A stretch of 14,735 nt of DNA, from NCBI GenBank assembly GCA_051382335.1, contig JBBCAX010000322.1, positions 1 through 14,735 of the forward strand, read 5' to 3'. The number at the start of each line of letters is the position of its first letter. Within the stretch, counting starts at the first letter, position 1. Both the position numbers and the translations under genes were made by a program. Below the pieces are notes generated by a model, which did not search any database, was not told the origin of the DNA, and saw only the letters and a list, made by a program, of their open reading frames with translations. This DNA is from Deltaproteobacteria bacterium TL4. Its GTDB lineage: Bacteria; SAR324; NAC60-12. Below are positions 7,787 to 14,735 of this stretch, piece by piece.

Positions 7787-7904
7787 AAAGTTGCCCAACC
7801 TGAAGCTCTCACAGGCACGTTAAGTTTCGTCCAATGAGAGGTGAGTTGATATCGTTGTAATACCCCTACCCTTTTTTAACGAATGAACGCTTTATTTTGT
7901 ATTG

Positions 7905-7979
7905 ATCACCGTTGAGAAATGGAGGGGGGAATTTTGTTTGGACCTTAATTCTCGCCGCTCGGAACGCATCACCGTTGAG
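7905..7979 (+). repeat. 12-bp direct repeat pair upstream of kinase 1
   Basis: ATCACCGTTGAG at 7905-7916 and 7968-7979, enclosing 51 bp with an imperfect hairpin (GGGAATT...AATTCTC). Confidence 0.8.
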
Positions 7980-7992
7980 TAAAGGATAGATT

Positions 7993-10900
7993 TTGAATAA
8001 TAAAGTTATTGAGCTGAGGAAATATAAGGACAATAATGAAGCACTGGAAGCTTCTTTCGCGCGTGAAAACTCGAAACAGGTGAATTCGGTGCAGCAGTTA
8101 TTGTCACTGATTGAGCAAGCTCAGGAACAGTGCTCGCTAGTGCTTAATTTATCGAATGGGGAATTGCGTGAGGCCATTCCCCGGTTGATTGAATTACTGC
8201 ATCAGGGAAGCCCCAGCGTTCAAAAACATGTTTTGGAGGTATTGGGAGGTATTGAAACGCCGGAGGTAGTTCCGCATATCATTCCTTACTGCTTTCAACC
8301 CGATCCCTATCTAAAAATTCAAGCGGTCACGTCCCTGGAGCACCTGGGTCAGCATTCCGCGATTTTGCCGTTAAAGGCATTGCTTTCCGATGAAAATCAG
8401 CGGGTGCGTCAGGCGGCAACCAAGGCTGTCAAAAATTTGATTGACGATGAGTTCCTGTTGATGATTCTTGCCAATGAAGAATCCAAAGCAGACCTTTCAA
8501 CCGGAGAGACTTTTTTTGATTTCATGGCGCTTTTTTCCGCGCAGGAGTTAGCAAAGTTTGCCTTCAGCACCACTAAAGCCATCTACGATTATCTTCAGAA
8601 ACATTTTGAAAAAAGCCGAAAGATTGAAGAACAACTGCAAAAAACACAGTGGGAAGCCAAAGCGGTTGTGAACAATCTGTTTCAGTTGAAGCGTCAATTA
8701 ACACAACGCTACTCCGAGTCTCAACTGGAATTGGATATTTTCCGAAACAGCCTCTTGTCTCATACACAGGAGCGCACTCTGCTACCCGGTGTTGGCCAAG
8801 ATCAGGCGAAGGCTCTGGAAGAGCTCAAGGCACAATATGAGGAACTCCATCAGAAAAATGAAGATTACAGTCAGAAAATCGCGCAACTTCTGGAGCAAAT
8901 TGAAACGCTGCATGAGCAAAAAGACACGCTTGCGGAAACTGTGACCGAAGAATTTCCTTCTGTGGAAGCAGAAGTCTTTGAAGAGGAACTGGAAGAAGAG
9001 GCGTTACCAGCCTTTGATCCGGGTGATTTCACGCTGAACGAGGAAGTCTTAAGGGATCTGATGGTAGATTCGGCCACGATCCCATCCAAAGAGTCCACAT
9101 CTCAACGCCTTTCGGGAGTCATTTTAATTGTGGAAGAAAGTTCCGCGTCCTCAGACTACCTCAGAAGTTTATTAAGTTATGCGGGATTTTCCAACGTCAG
9201 AGTTTTCTTTGATGGCCGACTGGCCCTTGAAAACGTCCAGAAATGTCATCAGGAAATCCGTATCATCCTCACTGCGCGTAAAATTCCGCAAATGGACGGT
9301 CTGGAATTTTTAAGCCAGATCCGGGCCTTCGAAAAAGGACAAGCCTTGACTCCGTGTCCGATTGTCGCCATTACTGAAGAAATCAGCGATTACAAAATCA
9401 CTCAGCTCACCCAGTCAGGAGCCTCAAAAGTTTTTCATCGTCTGTTCATACCGGAGGAGCTGGTCTCGATTATTTTTAAATTAACCGGAACCGAGGAACC
9501 AACCCGGACCTCCAGGGAGGAGCTGGATTTGGTTCAAATGGCTAAAAAGCATTTAGCGCAACTCCGTAAACTTTATAAAAAAAGTATTTCGCTGGAGCTA
9601 AAGCACCTCAAAATGATGGAATCCCTGGCGACTCAGGAAAGTCGGTTTGAAGACTTATTTTTCGGTCTGATTGAGTTTTGCTTCATTTCCGGAAATCATA
9701 ACAGTAAAATCGGAATGCTTTGCCATCAGGTCGGGGAGACCGGGAGTTCTGAGTTTTTAATCACAGCCAGCTTCCGACCTAACGAAATTTTGCCCTTGGA
9801 CACCCTTGAAAATAACTTCAACGCCAATGACCTGCTGGCGGAGGGCACGATTCAATGGGAACCCGAAAACAACGTCATCACGATTGCGCTCCCCTTCCGC
9901 AGCAAAGCGTATCGTGGCGAAGCCGCGCATGAACGGTTTGAAGAACTGGATGACGAAGAAGTGTTTGAATTGCTGGACGAATTGGAAGAAGAAGGCTCCA
10001 ACATTCAAGCACTCATTGCTCAAATTGAAAGCCTTTGCCAAAAGGAACCCTTTCGCCTCTTTTCAGTAATGGACTATTTACACGACGGCCATTTTGTCAG
10101 AGCGCATCGGGAAATTCTGGAAATGTTACAGAAATTGGACCGCACAGATGTCATTCCTTATTTAATCCGACGCTTTCAACAGCTTCATAAAGAATACAAG
10201 TTATGGACGGTCTCTTTTATCGCGGAAAAAGGGATAAAGGCGGGTTTCTACTTCATCATCAGCATCCTCAGAGATCCGGATGAAGAAGTTCGACACCGGG
10301 CATTAGCCGTGCTGTTGCAACATTTTGATCCTTCTTTTCTGCATTTGTTGATGCATTCCTTTGTCCGCACCTTCAAACTTCCCAGAACCATAGACCCAGC
10401 CGAAATCCTGAGCAGACTGCCGCCCAAAGAACGACTCGCTTTTTTCCAGATTTTATTGTTCAACGAAAAATTTGAGCTTTCGATCCCTTTCCTGTTTGGA
10501 TATCTGAAACAGGCGGCTCCTTTTGAGTTGGAATCCATTTATGTCGCGCTGGCCGCACAGCCATCACTGCAATTTCTGTCTGAGGAGCAGGTGTCTGTCT
10601 TAACCCACCATTTCGGAGAACAGCAGGTGTTGAGTCGCTTTCCCAACATCACGGTCAGTTTATTGATGTCCACCGCGGGAGAGCTTTTGGAATGGGTATT
10701 GGACGGCATCAAACCCGTGCATTGGGTTGACGCTTTCAAATCACGCTTTGTCAAAGATGTCAAATCCGGTTGGGAAGCGATGGGCCCCTTTATTCAAGAG
10801 GGCATGCAAGAAATCATGGAGCACATCCACCATGCGGAGGAACTCCTGTTTGCCGAGCAGATGCAGGAAGCGGAGGAAAAAGAATTGTACCGAATGCTGC

Positions 10901-11727
10901 ACATGAGCAAAGGCATTGCCCTCAGCTTGGATCTGGAAATCCTGGGAGCTTTTTACCATAACCTTGAGACGACCTTGTCCCGTTGGTCTCCGAAGATCCA
11001 CGAAAAGAAAGCAGAGGTCCAAGCCTTACAGCAGAACTTCAAACAACTGTTGAAAGTCACTCAAGCCGCGTCCCGGATCCTCAACGTCGCAAATCAGGAC
11101 GCTTCCTTCCTCCTGGACAAAACGCCGTTTAACAGCATTTTCCCGAGGATGGAACATCTGTTCAACAAACTGACCACCCTGTTGAGGAAAAAAGTCAAAC
11201 TGATCTTGCTGGAAGAAAAGGAGTTTTACCTGGAGCAGGGCTTGCTGAGTTCTTTGAATGAAAGCCTGATCCAACTCTTAAAGAACGCCGTCGATCATGG
11301 TATGGAAATGAGTGAAGAGCGAATACGACAGGGTAAGCCCGAGGTGGGAGAAATCAAGGTGAGAATCGCCGAGAGTGATGACAACATGACCATTACGGTC
11401 ACAGACGATGGTCAAGGCTTGAACGTGCAAAAAATCGCGAAACGGTGCGTTGAAAAAAATCTGTTGACGCCGGAGTTGGCAAAGGAATTAGTCTCTGATA
11501 AGAGCAAACAGAGTCAGCTATATCCATACATTTTTGTTTCGCAATTCAGTACCGCGGAAAAAGCCTCACAGGTTTCAGGACGGGGTGTGGGGATGGATAT
11601 CATTAAATCTGAAATCGAAAAAATGAGTGGCAAGATTACGATAACATCAGAAACAGGAAAAGGCAGCTCCTTCATCCTTCAAATTCCGCTGAAACAAGCA
11701 CAAATCATCTCTGGACAAGGGGTTTGA
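7993..11727 (+). CDS. CheA-type (class III-like) hybrid histidine kinase: HEAT repeats, coiled coil, pseudo-REC, degenerate HATPase-like region, HEAT, Hpt, HATPase_c; no CheW domain
   Basis: TTG start after AAGGA. HEAT motifs (AIPRLIELL, LKALLSDENQRVRQAA, LRDPDEEVRHRALAVL). REC fold at nt ~9115-9483 with Ala428 at the phosphoacceptor position. Hpt LYRMLH970MSKG. CheA P4 boxes QLLKNAVDHGME, DDGQGL, FSTAEKASQVSGRGVGMDII, GKGSSFILQIPL. The protein ends 11 aa later. Confidence 0.92.
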   Translation: MNNKVIELRKYKDNNEALEASFARENSKQVNSVQQLLSLIEQAQEQCSLVLNLSNGELREAIPRLIELLHQGSPSVQKHVLEVLGGIETPEVVPHIIPYCFQPDPYLKIQAVTSLEHLGQHSAILPLKALLSDENQRVRQAATKAVKNLIDDEFLLMILANEESKADLSTGETFFDFMALFSAQELAKFAFSTTKAIYDYLQKHFEKSRKIEEQLQKTQWEAKAVVNNLFQLKRQLTQRYSESQLELDIFRNSLLSHTQERTLLPGVGQDQAKALEELKAQYEELHQKNEDYSQKIAQLLEQIETLHEQKDTLAETVTEEFPSVEAEVFEEELEEEALPAFDPGDFTLNEEVLRDLMVDSATIPSKESTSQRLSGVILIVEESSASSDYLRSLLSYAGFSNVRVFFDGRLALENVQKCHQEIRIILTARKIPQMDGLEFLSQIRAFEKGQALTPCPIVAITEEISDYKITQLTQSGASKVFHRLFIPEELVSIIFKLTGTEEPTRTSREELDLVQMAKKHLAQLRKLYKKSISLELKHLKMMESLATQESRFEDLFFGLIEFCFISGNHNSKIGMLCHQVGETGSSEFLITASFRPNEILPLDTLENNFNANDLLAEGTIQWEPENNVITIALPFRSKAYRGEAAHERFEELDDEEVFELLDELEEEGSNIQALIAQIESLCQKEPFRLFSVMDYLHDGHFVRAHREILEMLQKLDRTDVIPYLIRRFQQLHKEYKLWTVSFIAEKGIKAGFYFIISILRDPDEEVRHRALAVLLQHFDPSFLHLLMHSFVRTFKLPRTIDPAEILSRLPPKERLAFFQILLFNEKFELSIPFLFGYLKQAAPFELESIYVALAAQPSLQFLSEEQVSVLTHHFGEQQVLSRFPNITVSLLMSTAGELLEWVLDGIKPVHWVDAFKSRFVKDVKSGWEAMGPFIQEGMQEIMEHIHHAEELLFAEQMQEAEEKELYRMLHMSKGIALSLDLEILGAFYHNLETTLSRWSPKIHEKKAEVQALQQNFKQLLKVTQAASRILNVANQDASFLLDKTPFNSIFPRMEHLFNKLTTLLRKKVKLILLEEKEFYLEQGLLSSLNESLIQLLKNAVDHGMEMSEERIRQGKPEVGEIKVRIAESDDNMTITVTDDGQGLNVQKIAKRCVEKNLLTPELAKELVSDKSKQSQLYPYIFVSQFSTAEKASQVSGRGVGMDIIKSEIEKMSGKITITSETGKGSSFILQIPLKQAQIISGQGV

Positions 11728-11730
11728 CAC

Positions 11731-14073
11731 ATGACCAATTTTGACCTAAAAGGAAAACACATTCTGCTTGCTGATGATGAAGAGGACATTCGGAATTTTC
11801 TCACGTCCTTCCTCACAAGAAAAGGAATTCAGGTTACCACTGCCGAAAACGGTAGGGAGGCTTTGAATTTAATCAAGGCAAAGCAAACAAAAAATGCCCC
11901 CTATGACCTGTTGCTGACCGACATCAAAATGCCGGAACTGGATGGCTTGGAGTTGATTTCAGAGATCAAAAAACAGAACCTGCATCTACCGATTGTGGTC
12001 ATGACAGGTTTTGGGGACAAACCGCTGCTGGTCGAATTATTAAAAAAGGACATTGACGACTACCTGGACAAGCTTGTGGACCCTAATGAGTTGTGGGCGA
12101 TCCTCACACAGGTTTTGGAAAAAATTGAAACCCAGAAAAACCTCAATGCGCAGAAATATAAAAAGCTTCAGTTTGAAAAGGATCAGGAAACACTGCGGTT
12201 GATGCGGGAACGGGACACCTCCAACTTTTTCAGTTCGGTTTTTTATTTTTTTGTGTTAGCCAATTTAGATGAAAAGCCGGTTGAAGATATTCTGGATTCG
12301 GCCCATGCGTTTCTCAGAGATGAAATGAAACTCGATACCGCATTGATGATGAATTCCGGACTCACTACGGGCAGTGTTGACAAAGAGGAACTGGAACTTT
12401 TTAAAACAGCGGCAAAGGAAGGGAATCTGATTTTCAAGACAGCAGGTTACCGTATCTGCACCGTCCCCCCTTTACAGATCCTGGTCAGAAAACCACCCAA
12501 AAATCTGGATGTTGACAAGCTGGATGTCTTTGCTTCTGCCGCGGCCTCACGGCTGATATTCGCCACACATCAGGACAATCAATACATCATGAATGAAGTG
12601 CTTGGGGAAGCCGTGTTCATGGTCAACTATCAGGGGAAAATCGAGCCTGGCGCGACCAATATGTGTTTAAAGATGTTCCAGATTGAAAGTCATGAAGCCT
12701 TACAGGAAACCTCACCGGGTGAATTGCTGTATGGAAAAACCGAGCAAGCGGCACCGTTTGAAGAATGGATAACCCTGTGTTTTACCGGCCCCCTCAGTTT
12801 TGCTGAAATGCTGACGCTGCGTCCCACTGAGGTGACAACCGCATCGGGAAGGATCCTGGAAATGAACATACTCCCCATCAATGACAAACATCTTTCCGTA
12901 AGGGAAAGTCCACTGCGGTTTATTTTGTTTCAATGCCGGGATATCACGCTAATACGGAAGCATGAAAAAGAACTGGAACATATTGAAGAAAGCAATAAGG
13001 CCGTCATTCTGGTGATCGAATTCCAAAGCGCGTTCATTGACTATTGCAAGCTGATTAAAGACCATCTTTCCACTTCAGAAAAAATTCTTTCCGCCTCTAA
13101 ACAGGATTTGATCCGGAATCTGCATACGGTCAAAGGTATGTCCGGGGTGTTTAGCCTCAACACCATCCAGACAAAATGTCACGATTGTGAAACCCAATTA
13201 AAAGAACTCACCAAATATTCCGCGGAAAGTGATGTAGTCCGTTCCATTTTGACCATATCTGAATTTCTTGAGCGATTTCAGGAAGAGCACAAGAATGTCT
13301 TTAATGCCATCTTTCATACGGATAATCACATCCTTCCCATCAAGCGGGAGTGGTTGGAATATCTTAAAAAACGTTTTTTTGAAAAAAGGGATTTCAGTGA
13401 AAAAGAGGTTTCCAATTTTATCAAACAGATGACCTATATCCCTGTTCAAAGCCTGTTCAAACATTTTGATAAACTACTCCAGGATTTGGCCGCCAGCCGG
13501 GGGAAGATGCTGCAACCCTTGGTTTTTCAAGATGAGCAAGGGATCTTTGTTCCCGAGGGGGTGTTGAGCAAACTGGTTAATTCCATGACCCACCTGTTCC
13601 GCAATTCGGTAGATCATGGGATTGAAACACCGGATGTTCGCTGGACCCAAAAAAAGGAAGAATACGGGTGTATCCGCATTTCTGTAAACAGCGACGCGGA
13701 GCATCTGATCCTTAGCGTTGAGGACGATGGACAAGGCATCGATTCAAACAAACTTAAAATGAGAGCCGTATCCAAAGGCCTCATCACCTCCCAGGATGCC
13801 GCTCAAATGAGTGAAACTCAACTCAAACAATTGGTTTTTGTGGAGGGCTTATCCACCAAGGAAAAGGCTGATATGGTCAGCGGTAGGGGTGTTGGAATGG
13901 GGGACGTGAAAAATAGTTGTGACCGCTTGGGAGCACGTCTTGATTTTCAGACAGTTCAGGGACAGGGCACAACGTGGATCATTGAAATTCCCTTGCGTTC
14001 TGTCTTTGGGGCGCAGGTGTCTTCAGATTTCTTTTGCTTGAGAGGACCGTCCGGTTTATGCGCCGAATATTAA
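11731..14073 (+). CDS. CheA-type (class III-like) hybrid histidine kinase: REC, GAF-like?, PAS-like, Hpt, HATPase_c; no CheW domain
   Basis: REC with ILLADDE and D64 (LLTDIKMPELDG). PAS-like VLGEAVFMVNYQGKI...ILFQCRDIT. Hpt IRNLH465TVKG. P4 HLFRNSVDHGIE, DDGQGI, GLSTKEKADMVSGRGVGM. Starts 3 nt after kinase 1. Confidence 0.92.
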   Translation: MTNFDLKGKHILLADDEEDIRNFLTSFLTRKGIQVTTAENGREALNLIKAKQTKNAPYDLLLTDIKMPELDGLELISEIKKQNLHLPIVVMTGFGDKPLLVELLKKDIDDYLDKLVDPNELWAILTQVLEKIETQKNLNAQKYKKLQFEKDQETLRLMRERDTSNFFSSVFYFFVLANLDEKPVEDILDSAHAFLRDEMKLDTALMMNSGLTTGSVDKEELELFKTAAKEGNLIFKTAGYRICTVPPLQILVRKPPKNLDVDKLDVFASAAASRLIFATHQDNQYIMNEVLGEAVFMVNYQGKIEPGATNMCLKMFQIESHEALQETSPGELLYGKTEQAAPFEEWITLCFTGPLSFAEMLTLRPTEVTTASGRILEMNILPINDKHLSVRESPLRFILFQCRDITLIRKHEKELEHIEESNKAVILVIEFQSAFIDYCKLIKDHLSTSEKILSASKQDLIRNLHTVKGMSGVFSLNTIQTKCHDCETQLKELTKYSAESDVVRSILTISEFLERFQEEHKNVFNAIFHTDNHILPIKREWLEYLKKRFFEKRDFSEKEVSNFIKQMTYIPVQSLFKHFDKLLQDLAASRGKMLQPLVFQDEQGIFVPEGVLSKLVNSMTHLFRNSVDHGIETPDVRWTQKKEEYGCIRISVNSDAEHLILSVEDDGQGIDSNKLKMRAVSKGLITSQDAAQMSETQLKQLVFVEGLSTKEKADMVSGRGVGMGDVKNSCDRLGARLDFQTVQGQGTTWIIEIPLRSVFGAQVSSDFFCLRGPSGLCAEY

Positions 14074-14645
14074 TTGTAGATGATGACGAGCAGGTTGTGA
14101 AACATTTGTCAGGAATTCTGGTCGATTTCGATTTCGAAATTGAGTTCCTCTTGGAAGGTGAATTCCTGTTTCAGAGGTTGGCTCAAAATAAAATCGATTT
14201 GATCCTGCTGGATATTTATATGCCCCGGATCAATGGGCTGGATCTGCTCAAAGAATTAAAACGTCATAAAACTCATAAAAACATCCCTGTGATCGTGTTG
14301 ACCGGAGATGACAATCCTCAAATCATGTACGAATCTTTTGAAGCCGGGGTGGTGGGTTTCATCAAAAAGCCCGTCCAGAAACTCGAAATCATGTTCCGTG
14401 TCCAAATGGCCTGTGTCCTGGCTGAAAACTTCAACAATGTTCAAGAGCTGTTAAAGTTACAGGAACAACTCAATGACCAACTCATCCAGGCAAATCTCGA
14501 ACTGAAAGCCGCGAAGGAAAAAGAACAGGAGATATCCAATTTTTTGACGTCGTTGTTCTATCTGATTCTGCAGAACCAGGATATCACTTCCACAAAGTGC
14601 CTACTGGCCAGCAATTCAGAGTTTAACTTATTGCTAACAAGTTAA
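14058..14645 (+). CDS. Response regulator (REC + coiled coil), probably C-terminally truncated
   Basis: Likely start is ATG 14058 with AGAGGA at 14041-14046, overlapping the end of kinase 2. ILIVDDD, D52 (LILLDIYMP), IVLT and KKP are intact. A coiled coil follows, and no output domain precedes the stop. Confidence 0.85.
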   Translation: MRRILIVDDDEQVVKHLSGILVDFDFEIEFLLEGEFLFQRLAQNKIDLILLDIYMPRINGLDLLKELKRHKTHKNIPVIVLTGDDNPQIMYESFEAGVVGFIKKPVQKLEIMFRVQMACVLAENFNNVQELLKLQEQLNDQLIQANLELKAAKEKEQEISNFLTSLFYLILQNQDITSTKCLLASNSEFNLLLTS

Positions 14646-14735
14646 ACTTCATTTTGAATAGCGATGGTTGCACCTCGTCCTTCTTCCATAAACCAATTTT
14701 CAAAATAAGCGTATAGGAATAGTTGAGTAAGAATA
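14609..14735 (-). mobile_element. Possible insertion-sequence end with the 3' end of a convergent ORF (14734-14642: ILTQLFLYAYFENWFMEEGRGATIAIQNEV*)
   Basis: Shift to AT-rich sequence beginning CAGCAATTCAGAGTTTAAC, at the point where the regulator's similarity to kinase 2 stops. An open minus-strand frame from the window edge stops just inside it. Imperfect hairpin at 14611-14662. The other end is not visible. Confidence 0.35.

Noticed and set aside
7813..7830. Sigma54 promoter (AGGCACG...)
   Set aside because: The -24 element is plausible but the required -12 TTGC is absent (GTTTC).
7993..14073. Calling the two kinases cheA
   Set aside because: They lack the CheW (P5) domain and the canonical P1-P2-P3 order, so the symbol was withheld.
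1279..14444. Numerous short ORFs nested in or antisense to the long genes
   Set aside because: Shadow frames of well-supported CDSs, with no motifs or translation signals.
14621..14647. Integron attC-like boxes GTTTAAC ... GTTAAAC
   Set aside because: They match RYYYAAC/GTTRRRY but lie only 13 nt apart, far shorter than an attC site. No cassette array or integrase is visible.

Overview
Bacterial chromosomal window, moderately AT-rich; the gene style suggests a deltaproteobacteria-like or SAR324-like lineage (inference only). The left 1.9 kb holds the start of a DMT-family (DUF486-like) gene and a small gene frameshifted by a 152-bp MITE (11-bp TIRs, 8-bp target duplication, internal REP doublet). 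It also holds a second, TA-flanked MITE carrying a different REP doublet, and a stand-alone ORF in which the N-terminal part of FtsZ, cut inside the GGGTGTG motif, is fused in frame to a two-TM segment. Next come a ~420-codon gene split by one in-frame TAA, a 965-aa coiled-coil protein with receiver-like remnants, and a hypothetical gene with a G11 tract. The right half is a signalling cluster: a CheY-like regulator, two tandem CheA-type Hpt+HATPase kinases with no CheW domain (one with HEAT repeats, a pseudo-receiver and a degenerate HATPase), and a receiver protein that appears truncated by a probable IS end at the window edge. No MCP, CheW, CheR or CheB gene is visible. Lesion density is high.
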